Source: Bdellovibrionales bacterium
GTDB taxonomy: Bacteria > Bdellovibrionota > Bdellovibrionia > Bdellovibrionales > UBA1609
Direction: 5' to 3'
Assembly (NCBI GenBank): GCA_027317865.1
Contig: DAHVQG010000005.1
Location: 136,209 to 200,208 of the forward strand
DNA length: 64,000 nucleotides
The notes under the pieces are model-generated. The model was not told the origin of the DNA. It saw only the letters and a list, made by a program, of their open reading frames with translations, and ran no database searches. Below are positions 1 to 8,985 of this stretch, piece after piece. Within the stretch, counting starts at the first letter, position 1; the number at the start of each line of letters is the position of its first letter. The position numbers and the translations under genes are program-made.

Positions 1-1399
1 CGATGAAAAGCAAAACATTTCGGGAATCACTTTTTGCCAGGGTAAAATCGTAAAAGTCGATAGCGAAAATACGATTTTGCAAACCAAGAAACTTCTTATT
101 CAACATGGTTTTATTACGGAGCGTGAACTGAGCGAATTTAAAGGCCAAGGTAGCGGCCACGATCTTGTTAAGTCGCTCATCAATGAGGGACTAATGAGCC
201 CCCATGTTCCATCTATTATACAAACCGAAACCATAGTCGCTGAAATTGCCAAGCTTATTATCCCGGAACGAATCAACATTAACTTTGTTCCAGACCGAAA
301 AATTGAGCCTAGCTCCGATCATCTCGACATGTCGTTTCTTATCCATCAGCTAAATGATTTCATACAAACGATTATACCTGCGGATTGGCTTAAGAGTTTC
401 TATAAACCATGGTCAGGATTTCCGGTTCAACAAGGGCCGGGATTTAAAGACCTAGCGCAATTTGCCAATCTGTCAACTTTGCAGGCGGCAAAACATTTGA
501 TTCCCGCCATTAAGGATGACATTACAATTGATGAACTCATTTCAAGCAATATTGCCAATGAAGAAATCGTTTTGAAGGCGCTCCATCTTCTGATGTTGCG
601 ACGGGTGTTCGTGTTTAAAGAAACGCGCAAGGCAGTCAGTTTCGATGAACACATCGGGCGGATTCGCTCCATGTACGAGGCGCTTCACGATAAAAATCCA
701 TTTGAAATATTTAAATACTTCGGTCTTGGCGAAAAGCCGAAGCCGGCTGACGTGGCGCGAGTTTACAAAGAATTCGCCAAGGCAAACCATCCCGATATAT
801 TGCCGGCAAAGATCGATCCAGAAATTAAAAAACTCAACGATGACTTGTTTTCTAAGGTAACGGCGGCGTACGAAATTTTAAGCAATGAAGAAAAGCGCCA
901 AGCATTCATGAATTCGCTCAAACAAGCGGAAGCTGAAATGCAGATTAAAAGCGATGAGCTTGTGACGACAGCTGCAGCGGCCTTGAACAAGGGGCGATAC
1001 AGCGAGGGGCTACAAGCGCTTTTGAAAGCGGAGAAGCTTTATTCTTCCGAGCGGAGCCGTTTGCATCTTCTATGGGCAAAGCTAAAACTCGACGGACAAA
1101 TGCCAGCGGAGCAGCTGCCCGAAGCCGAAGATGAGTTACGTAAAATGTCGGCCGGCACGCGCAATACGGGGCTTTGGCACTATGTATTTGGTTTATGTAA
1201 GGTGCAACAAGGTGATATCAAGGTCGCGCAAGATTATGTGCGAAAAGCGCTTCAAGAAGACGCCAATTTAATGGATGCGCGCCGTGAACTCGTTGCGCTC
1301 AAAGCACAAGTGCCGAAGAAATTGTCAACCGAAGACATTTTAACTGGTGATATCTCACAAGTAATTAAAGGGTTTTTCGGTGGTAAAAAAGGCGCGTAA
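1..1399 (+). CDS. DnaJ (J-domain) protein with C-terminal TPR-like region, 5'-truncated by window edge
   Basis: The frame is open from position 2, so the true start lies upstream. J-domain signature (NPFEIF..VYKEFAKANHPD..FSKVTAAYEILS) followed by helical TPR-like repeats. Confidence 0.85.
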   Translation, partial: DEKQNISGITFCQGKIVKVDSENTILQTKKLLIQHGFITERELSEFKGQGSGHDLVKSLINEGLMSPHVPSIIQTETIVAEIAKLIIPERININFVPDRKIEPSSDHLDMSFLIHQLNDFIQTIIPADWLKSFYKPWSGFPVQQGPGFKDLAQFANLSTLQAAKHLIPAIKDDITIDELISSNIANEEIVLKALHLLMLRRVFVFKETRKAVSFDEHIGRIRSMYEALHDKNPFEIFKYFGLGEKPKPADVARVYKEFAKANHPDILPAKIDPEIKKLNDDLFSKVTAAYEILSNEEKRQAFMNSLKQAEAEMQIKSDELVTTAAAALNKGRYSEGLQALLKAEKLYSSERSRLHLLWAKLKLDGQMPAEQLPEAEDELRKMSAGTRNTGLWHYVFGLCKVQQGDIKVAQDYVRKALQEDANLMDARRELVALKAQVPKKLSTEDILTGDISQVIKGFFGGKKGA

Positions 1400-1408
1400 A
1401 AGATCCGT

Positions 1409-2383
1409 CTACAAATAAGGATCGTTTGCCAGCAAATAATTTTTAACGTAATCGGTGACGCCCGCCTCTAAATCGTATTGTGGCGCGGAAAGTCTTTGGG
1501 CCATAGCCCTTTCCATAACGGCTTCGGTAAAATATTGGTATTGATTGCGGATGTGGCTCGGCATTTCAATCCAGTCGATATTGAGTGGCTGGTTCATTTG
1601 GCGGAATACAGCCGCGGCTAGGCTCAGCCAAGTTCGTGCTTTGCCGTAACCCAAATTGTAGATACCCGAAACAAATTGCGACATGTCGGCAATTTCAAGC
1701 ATCCATCGCGTAATGTCTTTGACGTATACAAAATCGCGCAGTTGCTCACCGTCTTTATACTTTGGATTATGCGAGCGAAAAAGTCGCAACTTCCCGGAGG
1801 CTTTGATTTGCAAAAATGCTTTATAAACCACGCTGGCCATGTCGCCCTTATGGTATTCATTCGGGCCATAAACGTTGAAAAACCTTAGCCCAGCCCATCT
1901 CGGCGGCACATTTTTTTGCGCCAGCGCCCAGAGGTCAAAATCACGCTTTGAGCGACCGTAGAGGTTCAGCGGCGAAAAAGTTTGCGTATTCGTCGCATCG
2001 TTAAACCCCGAAGTGCCATCGCCATAAACCGCGCCGCTACTCGCGTAGATAAAAGGAATCGAATTTTCGTGGCAGTAAATAAAAAGCGTTTTTGGCATTT
2101 CAATGTTGTTTTCGACAAGTTTTTCCCAATCGGTTTCGGTTGTCGACGAAATCGCGCCCAAGTGAAAAATGATTTCCGGCCTTTGATTTTTCGGCAGAGA
2201 AAGTAGCCAATCTAAAAAGGACTTCGGATCAAAAAAATTTTGATACTGAGCTTTACGAAGCGGCTCCGGTCTTTCTTTTAGATCGACCGGATCGACACAA
2301 ACGATATCATTTCGTCCTTTTTCGTTAAGCAGACGAACTAAAGCCGAACCGATAAAACCGTTTGCTCCTGTGACTACAACCAT
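1409..2383 (-). CDS. hldD: ADP-L-glycero-D-manno-heptose 6-epimerase
   Basis: VVTGANGFIGS Rossmann motif, HLGAISSTTE, YASSGAVYG, YGRSK, RFFNVYGPNEYHKG. Start trimmed to ATG at 2383. Confidence 0.92.
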   Translation of the reverse strand: MVVVTGANGFIGSALVRLLNEKGRNDIVCVDPVDLKERPEPLRKAQYQNFFDPKSFLDWLLSLPKNQRPEIIFHLGAISSTTETDWEKLVENNIEMPKTLFIYCHENSIPFIYASSGAVYGDGTSGFNDATNTQTFSPLNLYGRSKRDFDLWALAQKNVPPRWAGLRFFNVYGPNEYHKGDMASVVYKAFLQIKASGKLRLFRSHNPKYKDGEQLRDFVYVKDITRWMLEIADMSQFVSGIYNLGYGKARTWLSLAAAVFRQMNQPLNIDWIEMPSHIRNQYQYFTEAVMERAMAQRLSAPQYDLEAGVTDYVKNYLLANDPYL

Positions 2384-2393
2384 AAAGACATTT

Positions 2394-4244
2394 TTAGATG
2401 CATTCTTTGTGACCGTCAATGATACGCAATATCACTTCCTGAAGCGCATCTTCGCCGAGGGGGTTTTCTCTAGCGGATTGTTTGGGGCCCTGGCGTTTTA
2501 TGAGTGAGTCAATCGTGCGTTGCATGTCGGCCACTTTGATCCTATGGCGGCGAAACTTACTGAGGATTTCATCCACAATATAAAGTAATGCATCTCCGGT
2601 CATTCGGTCTTGCCGGTTCGATTGTTCGGCGTTCTCGCGAAATGACTGGCCGAATTTCTTCAGGTCTCGTGGATTTAAGGTCGCTGTGATTTTTCGCACA
2701 GTCTGAACGTACAGCGATTCGAAGTCCCGTATTTGTTTAAGTAGAGTTTTGGTTGGGCGTTTGTCTTTGCCTCTGGCAGATTTTGCCAACATCATCACAA
2801 ACAATTGTTCGGGAGCAATGTGTGACCATCGCGTATTTCTTTGAATCGTGTCGTCGACAATTTTAGATAAATCGATAAGAGCCCGGCGCATGTTAAGAAT
2901 GGCAGGGCGATTTACGCCGTCGGGTACTTTTTTTAATTTGTAACGTGTTTTAGCGGACTCCAAGGTTCGAAAAGATGCATAAAGTTGGTGAGTCAGGACG
3001 GGATGGCGTGTTTGTAAGAATGTCGCGGCGGCGTCACTAAAGCCGACTTGTTTTAAAAAAATCTTGGTTACAGAGATGTCAAATTCACGGTCAAAAATTC
3101 GCGTCGACCAGTGACTTCTAAACTGTTCAAGCGGTCGTTTTTTTCCATACCTTAAAAAGTCGACGGCTTGGGCGAAGGTTTGAATAATAGCCCTGGCTTT
3201 TAATCGCTGTTCGTTCAGCGTTGTGGAGAATCTTTCTACATCGTCATAGCGGTATTGGTCGTGTCTTAGCCCGAACTGTCGGATACTCCCGTAATCGATA
3301 ATGCCGCCGTTGGCGAGCACGTTGTCGCCGTCCCAATCAAGCCATGCAAAGATGTATTCGCGATCAAGCTTCGCCGCAAATTGAGCAAAAGTCTGAGCCA
3401 AAGTTTTAAGTGTAAGTCGGTCGCGATCTTCATGTTTGGTATCAAAAGGCAAACGGCGATTGGCATGCTCGCGCGAAATAAAGTAGTCCACGGATTTTCG
3501 TAGCGACTCGTATTGATTTTGTTTCAAATGCATAAATATGTGGGCCGGCCGCATGAGATTCGGAGCCGCGCGCACGCCGATACTGTTGCCGCCGCCAATA
3601 TCTATGACCGCCAAAACACGTTCGGTATCAACCCCGTTTTGGTAAAAGATTTCTGATAAAATTGCCGCGCCCAAAAGCTCGTCAATGTCGGCAAGGCCAC
3701 AACCGTAACCATATTGAGTAGACCCGGAGCGAATTGGCTTTTGTGCTTCGACAAAGCCTGGCGAAAGGCAAGTGACGCCCGTGCCTCGGCTACTGATGTC
3801 CCACGTTATGCCATTATGCCGGATTTGGCCGTTCCAAATTGAGCGCCCGTCACCTGATGTTGTTCCGCGTTTGTCCGGATGTTGTAACTGCAGATATCGC
3901 GTTGCCATGTAAGGGTGGGGTTTTAATATGCTAGGTAAATAGCGAACATTTTGTTTTTGGTCGTATTCATTAATAATTCGTAGACAAAATGTGTCTAATA
4001 TAGTGCGCTCAAGCTTCTTATTTAATACGCGAGCATGCGTTGCAGTGATAAGGCCCATTTCTTTTGCAAGATCAAAATTAAAATAGACGACCCGCCCGGC
4101 AACAATCTTGCGGACAGGATAAAGCACGTAGGAGTTTGGCATTGCGCTTTGCCATTCGTGCTGACCATTAAGTTCGGCAAATCGCGAATAAGGTTCGGTC
4201 GAAAATTCGCGACTGTGCCATTTTTGTTTAGAGATGCGGCCCAT
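2394..4244 (-). CDS. SelO/YdiU-like pseudokinase-fold protein adenylyltransferase (divergent)
   Basis: GDGRS, RGTGVT, DN..(GG)IIDYG and RY motifs in SelO order; SE..(G)V.T.R segment. Confidence 0.75.
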   Translation of the reverse strand: MGRISKQKWHSREFSTEPYSRFAELNGQHEWQSAMPNSYVLYPVRKIVAGRVVYFNFDLAKEMGLITATHARVLNKKLERTILDTFCLRIINEYDQKQNVRYLPSILKPHPYMATRYLQLQHPDKRGTTSGDGRSIWNGQIRHNGITWDISSRGTGVTCLSPGFVEAQKPIRSGSTQYGYGCGLADIDELLGAAILSEIFYQNGVDTERVLAVIDIGGGNSIGVRAAPNLMRPAHIFMHLKQNQYESLRKSVDYFISREHANRRLPFDTKHEDRDRLTLKTLAQTFAQFAAKLDREYIFAWLDWDGDNVLANGGIIDYGSIRQFGLRHDQYRYDDVERFSTTLNEQRLKARAIIQTFAQAVDFLRYGKKRPLEQFRSHWSTRIFDREFDISVTKIFLKQVGFSDAAATFLQTRHPVLTHQLYASFRTLESAKTRYKLKKVPDGVNRPAILNMRRALIDLSKIVDDTIQRNTRWSHIAPEQLFVMMLAKSARGKDKRPTKTLLKQIRDFESLYVQTVRKITATLNPRDLKKFGQSFRENAEQSNRQDRMTGDALLYIVDEILSKFRRHRIKVADMQRTIDSLIKRQGPKQSARENPLGEDALQEVILRIIDGHKECI

Positions 4245-4270
4245 TACAACAGCCAGATCGGCATTTTGGC

Positions 4271-5299
4271 TTATGAGCTAAACTCAATCAGCGCAATACC
4301 ACCACCTGGGTTCGAAAAATTTGTAACCTGACCGGAATAAAGTCGAGCGCAAACAAGCTGGATGTCGGATTTATAGACAAAAAACCGCAAATCAAATTTC
4401 TTGCCCATCCACTCGCCGGGCGGCCGGTATTCTTGAACAATGTAATCTTTGGTCAGAATTTCTTGAAACATTTTTTGACTTATCGAAGACCCGCGATAAA
4501 CGGCCTTGGCACCAAACGAAGAGCGTGGCTTAAAAAATAGTTTTTTTCTTTCGGCCCATATTTCATCAGCCGTCTTAAACGAGCCAATGTGTCGGCAGGG
4601 AATTAAAACATTCGAAACGCTTTTTAATGAAAAATCAACAAGCCGCGCTTTATCCGCAAGAAGCAAATACTCGCGAGGATGTGGCGATAGCGCGATTTGA
4701 TTTTGACTCCAAGTGGCCCACAATTTAGCTGACGACGGCGACTCCAAATAAAAGTCCGTGAGCCGATTATAAATAAAACCGTTTTTTATTAGAAGTTCCG
4801 GAACAGGCAAGTCGTTAATATCGTAAATGGAACAATCGCGAACCCCCCACGAACGAAACAAATCTTTGTACATTAGAAATTCAAAATACGTCTTTTGCGC
4901 GGTCGGGTTTTCGTCAACGATGGCGATCCATTCAGGTGGAATTATCGTTTTATTGATTTTAGACCACTCGTCAAAGAATGACTTGTGGAGTGTTTCAAGC
5001 GCACGCTTTGCTGCGCGTTCGTCAAGCTCGGCAGTTAAAAGATATTGCGAAGCGTTCGTATTGATTTCAATAAGTGATAACTGTTCAGTCGAAAAATCGT
5101 AGTGAAAATCATAGGACATCAATACCGACGAATCGGTTGCTGGCATATCAAAAACGGCGATGAGACGTGGATCAGTCAATTTTTGGCGGAGCTCGCGTAG
5201 CCAGTCGGGTGAGTGTGCATATTCAAATATTTCTTTAACCGCGACCTGTGCCCGTTCAAAAACAAAACGCGGCAGGCGCACAATGGTTTGCGCCACCAC
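4271..5299 (-). CDS. Circularly permuted ATP-grasp amide ligase-like protein
   Basis: YDFH...LIEINTN near the N-terminus; FFKP..SFGAKAVY, YIVQEY and FDLRFFVY later. Confidence 0.65.
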   Translation of the reverse strand: MVAQTIVRLPRFVFERAQVAVKEIFEYAHSPDWLRELRQKLTDPRLIAVFDMPATDSSVLMSYDFHYDFSTEQLSLIEINTNASQYLLTAELDERAAKRALETLHKSFFDEWSKINKTIIPPEWIAIVDENPTAQKTYFEFLMYKDLFRSWGVRDCSIYDINDLPVPELLIKNGFIYNRLTDFYLESPSSAKLWATWSQNQIALSPHPREYLLLADKARLVDFSLKSVSNVLIPCRHIGSFKTADEIWAERKKLFFKPRSSFGAKAVYRGSSISQKMFQEILTKDYIVQEYRPPGEWMGKKFDLRFFVYKSDIQLVCARLYSGQVTNFSNPGGGIALIEFSS

Positions 5300-5386
5300 G
5301 TTTTTTAAATGATTTTGAAGATCGTCGACGGCGGTGAGAGATGGATACTTTTGAACAAGGCCGTCAACGAATTTTGTATAGTTCAG

Positions 5387-5911
5387 TTACTTCACCTGAA
5401 CGTGTTTTTGCCCTGGTTTCCAGCCTGCGCCGCAGAGTTCGCCGGATTTCAGGCCCTGCAAAACACGCAAAATTTCATTGGCGTCACGGCCGACGTCAAG
5501 GTTGTGAATTCCCATGTACTGAATGACACCTTCAGGATCAATAATGAACGTTCCGCGAGTTGCTACGCCTTTGTCTTGAAGCAACACGCCGTAATCGCGC
5601 GCCAGTTGTTTTGTTACGTCGCCAATCAATGGATAGCCGAGGTTACCAAGATCGTCTTTTAGCCAACGTTTGTGTGAGTGTACGGAATCGATACTGCAGC
5701 CTAGAACTTCTGCGCCCGCTTCTTTAAATGACTTGAGGTGGTCGCGAAATTGCGTGATTTCAGTTGGGCAGACAAAGGTAAAATCAAGCGGATAGAAAAA
5801 TAACACCACATACTTGCCTCGATAACTCGACAGGCTGACGTCTTTAAAATCTCCGCCATCGACAACGGCTTGAGCAGTAAATTGCGGTGCGGGTTGACCA
5901 ATCATTGGCAT
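5387..5911 (-). CDS. ahpC: Typical 2-Cys peroxiredoxin (AhpC/Prx1)
   Basis: FFYPLDFTFVCPTE peroxidatic motif; resolving Cys in ELCGAGWKPG; AAAGGAGA RBS before ATG 5911. Confidence 0.93.
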   Translation of the reverse strand: MPMIGQPAPQFTAQAVVDGGDFKDVSLSSYRGKYVVLFFYPLDFTFVCPTEITQFRDHLKSFKEAGAEVLGCSIDSVHSHKRWLKDDLGNLGYPLIGDVTKQLARDYGVLLQDKGVATRGTFIIDPEGVIQYMGIHNLDVGRDANEILRVLQGLKSGELCGAGWKPGQKHVQVK

Positions 5912-6031
5912 ATTATCTCCTTTGTTAATCGGTGATCTTGTCAGGTTTATCTTTATCTGCCACAAGTCTGTGTTGTCAGCAAGAAACGCAAACCTTTACC
6001 AAATTGAAACTGGGCTGATGACGGAGATGAA

Positions 6032-6799
6032 ATGCGAATTGTCACTTGGAACGTGAACGGGGTACGCGCTGTAGCCAAAAAGGGTCTATTAGAATTTATC
6101 CAAAAAACAGATCCCGACATTTTTTGCGTGCAAGAATCCAAAGCTCACCCCGATCAATGCGAAGAAAAACTTATCAAACCGTTAGGGCGCACGAGCTATT
6201 GGTCGTCGGCTTATCGCCCGGGTTATTCGGGCACAATAACCTATCTAAAAGCGGCGCCAGTTTCAGTTCAACAAAGTATCGGGATTAAAAAATTCGATTG
6301 CGAGGGCCGGTTTGTTATTACCGAACAAAACGGATTTTTACTGTACAACGTTTACTTCCCAAACGGCGGGTCCGGCGAAGAGCGTCATCGATTCAAGCAG
6401 GAGTTTTTAATACGCCTTAAAGAGCATTTACTTAAAAAACTTCATTCCGGGCACGAAATCATATTAGTTGGAGATTACAATATCGCGCCCGAAAACATTG
6501 ATGTTTACGATCCGGTTAACCTTGCAAACCAATCTGGTTTTTTACCCGAAGAGCGGCGTTGGTTTGGGGAGTTTCTGGCTGATGGGTTTGTGGATTTATT
6601 TCGCCACTTTCATTCCAACGAAAAATTTCGCTATACGTGGTGGAATTATCTCGACCAAGGTCGTACCGGCAACCGTGGCTGGCGAATCGATCACATTTGT
6701 GTCAGCCGCGGGTTAATGAGTCGAATGAAAAGTTGCGAAATTTTAGATGACGTCACGGGCTCAGACCATTGTCCGGTGACCTGTGAATTAGATGCTTGA
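6032..6799 (+). CDS. xth: Exodeoxyribonuclease III / AP endonuclease
   Basis: WNVNG, CVQESK, NVYFPNG, GDYNIA, YTWW, RIDH and SDHCP motifs. Confidence 0.95.
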   Translation: MRIVTWNVNGVRAVAKKGLLEFIQKTDPDIFCVQESKAHPDQCEEKLIKPLGRTSYWSSAYRPGYSGTITYLKAAPVSVQQSIGIKKFDCEGRFVITEQNGFLLYNVYFPNGGSGEERHRFKQEFLIRLKEHLLKKLHSGHEIILVGDYNIAPENIDVYDPVNLANQSGFLPEERRWFGEFLADGFVDLFRHFHSNEKFRYTWWNYLDQGRTGNRGWRIDHICVSRGLMSRMKSCEILDDVTGSDHCPVTCELDA

Positions 6800-6853
6800 A
6801 AAACCATCCAACATTGGCGTTAGACTGCACCTTTAATGTACCATCTAAAAGCC

Positions 6854-7318
6854 ATGAAACGAGTGCGTTTAGTAGTTGTGATCTTTGCATTTTTTGCGTT
6901 TGCTCAAGCTCGCGCGCTTTGCGTGAAAGTTCAAATGGCGACTTTGCGGGCCGGCCCCAGTTTTCGCGATGCTATTACTTGGCGGGCTGGTTTATACACG
7001 CCACTTGTTGAGCTGGCGTCGCAAGGGGGATGGTTTAAAGTAAAAGATATGGATGGAGATATACAGTGGATCCCCATGGGCGATGTGTCGCAAAACATGG
7101 AGTGTCTCTCTGTTCGCGTTCAATCTGCAATTCTCAGAATGGGACCCAGTCGAAAGGCGAAACTTGCAAATATTGTTGAAGTGGACCGCTATACGCCGTT
7201 TAAGCAAATCGATGAAAATGGCGATTGGTATAAGGTTGAAGCGAGTTGGGGTTCAACCTATTGGATTAATGATAACGCGGTCTGGCTCCCACTTCGCATA
7301 ATGCGAGTTAGTTTTTAA
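6854..7318 (+). CDS. Exported tandem bacterial SH3-domain protein
   Basis: Signal peptide ending ARA; two repeats of LR.GPS....(Y)TP.....(G)WxKV....(W)I. Confidence 0.75.
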   Translation: MKRVRLVVVIFAFFAFAQARALCVKVQMATLRAGPSFRDAITWRAGLYTPLVELASQGGWFKVKDMDGDIQWIPMGDVSQNMECLSVRVQSAILRMGPSRKAKLANIVEVDRYTPFKQIDENGDWYKVEASWGSTYWINDNAVWLPLRIMRVSF

Positions 7319-7433
7319 GATGTTTTAAGTTTTTTGCTTGCTTTACATCATGCGTTGTGTGTAAATAGTTCAGTTCCAAATTGGAACTATTACAAAATTG
7401 GTACCTAGCCATCAGCGACAGGGGGGAAGCGAA

Positions 7434-7805
7434 ATGGCGTTATCAAAATCTCTCGTTGAGAAGTGCAAAAGAGCGCTACTTGAAGCTAAGGCCGACATTC
7501 TGAACAGAGTACGCGACGTTCGTGAGGACTTACACTCTTCAGAGGACGGCAAGGCCGGAGATGAAGGCGATCAAACAGTTCGCGCTCTAGCTGAAAACGA
7601 AGCGCTTTCAAACAATGAACGGCTTCGTGGCCAACTCATGGAAATTGAAATGGCCTTATCGCGCATTGAAAACGGCACCTATGGCATTTGCGAAGAAACC
7701 GAGGAGCCAATTGAACCTGAACGATTATTGGCAATCCCGTGGACGCGTCTCAGCATTGAGGGCGCGGAGATTCGCGAATCAGTCATGAAACGTTACGCGC
7801 GCTAG
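7434..7805 (+). CDS. dksA: DksA/TraR family RNA polymerase-binding factor
   Basis: Coiled coil with DEGD tip; ALSRIENGTYGICEETEEPI..ERL.AIPW; GGGGGG RBS before ATG 7434. Confidence 0.85.
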   Translation: MALSKSLVEKCKRALLEAKADILNRVRDVREDLHSSEDGKAGDEGDQTVRALAENEALSNNERLRGQLMEIEMALSRIENGTYGICEETEEPIEPERLLAIPWTRLSIEGAEIRESVMKRYAR

Positions 7806-8848
7806 ACTTGGTTTGTAAGAGCCGCCCAGCTGCATAGCTGAAATAGCAGGCGAGCTCCAACATTACCATCCCATTCGTCATCATTTGGGCCTGGCGCGAC
7901 TTCGTTTAAATCAAATCCAACTATTTTTCGGCCAGAGCGGCTCACTTTTTCAAGCAGATAAGAGGCTTGATCAAAACTCAAGCCGCCCGGCACGGGTGTC
8001 CCGGTGTGCGGGCAAAATTCCGGTGAAAGGCCGTCGATGTCAAACGATACGTAGACGAGTTTTGGTAGAGAGCTCACAATTTTTTCGCAAATTGATTCCC
8101 AAGGTTCACCCGTGAACAGTTGACGTTTCAGCTCTTGATCAAAGAACGTTTGAATTCTTTCGGTTTGTTGTCGAATAAATTCGGCTTCTTCGCGGCAATA
8201 ATCGCGGATGCCAACTTGCACCAGTTTTTGCGGTGGTTTTTTCAATTGACAGACATTGCGCATAATCGAAGCGTGCGAGAACTGAAAACCTTGGTACGCA
8301 AGCCGCAAATCGGCGTGCGCATCAATATGTAAAACTCCCACTTTTTCGGCTCCGTGCGTCTCGCATATGGCACGGATCGCTCCCAAGGGCGTTGAGTGAT
8401 CGCCGCCAATTACTACGGGCACCTTGTCTTGCTCTAGAATTTCTTTCGTGCGTGTATAAACGGTAGCGACCATTTGAGCGCAACCTGAATTTACTGTTTC
8501 TAAATTATTGATCGCTTCGCGAGAAGTGATCGCGCCATTATCGTCCCATTCTTGAATCACCTGCTGCGCCAGCGGTTTGAGGCGCTCACTCTGTTCATAA
8601 AGCGCTTTCGAGTCAAAGTGGTTATCCCAAAAAAAACCAGCGGTAAAAGCGTCGGCGGCATCATTGCTAAAGCGCGGGTCATAAAGATCAACTTGTGGAC
8701 TTGCGCTATAAATAGCTTCTGGCCCGCGACTTGTGCCACTGCCATACGATGTTGTAACCTCCCATGGCACGGGCATCAGGATAATAAGTGAAGAATCATA
8801 ATCGGCACAAAGGCCAAATATTCCGTCGGATTTTCTTTGCTTCGTCAT
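7802..8848 (-). CDS. speB: Agmatinase (ureohydrolase family)
   Basis: GGDHS, DAHADL, SFDIDGLSP and GTPVPGG motifs. Start trimmed to 8848 because the longer ORF reads through the tandem repeat. Confidence 0.88.
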   Translation of the reverse strand: MTKQRKSDGIFGLCADYDSSLIILMPVPWEVTTSYGSGTSRGPEAIYSASPQVDLYDPRFSNDAADAFTAGFFWDNHFDSKALYEQSERLKPLAQQVIQEWDDNGAITSREAINNLETVNSGCAQMVATVYTRTKEILEQDKVPVVIGGDHSTPLGAIRAICETHGAEKVGVLHIDAHADLRLAYQGFQFSHASIMRNVCQLKKPPQKLVQVGIRDYCREEAEFIRQQTERIQTFFDQELKRQLFTGEPWESICEKIVSSLPKLVYVSFDIDGLSPEFCPHTGTPVPGGLSFDQASYLLEKVSRSGRKIVGFDLNEVAPGPNDDEWDGNVGARLLFQLCSWAALTNQV

Positions 8849-8885
8849 GGCCAGAGGTTTTAATAGAGAGTCATTGAAACTGCAA

Positions 8886-8960
8886 CCCGAAGACGCAAGT
8901 CGTGAGGGAACCCGAAGACGCAAGTCGTGAGGGAGCCCGAAGACGCAAGTCGTGAGGGAG
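8886..8960. repeat. Three tandem copies of a 25-bp hairpin unit CCCGAAGACGCAAGTCGTGAGGGA(A/G)
   Basis: Read directly: 8886-8910, 8911-8935 and 8936-8960, identical except for the last base, with no spacers. Confidence 0.97.
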
Positions 8961-8985
8961 CGATTCAAACTGTTGGGGGAAAGTT

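Noticed and set aside
8886-8960. CRISPR array interpretation of the 25-bp repeats
   Set aside because: The units are directly abutting with no spacers, and no cas genes are in the window.
8849-8968. 40-aa N-terminal extension of agmatinase in the ORF track
   Set aside because: It only translates the tandem repeat; the family-like sequence begins at ATG 8848.
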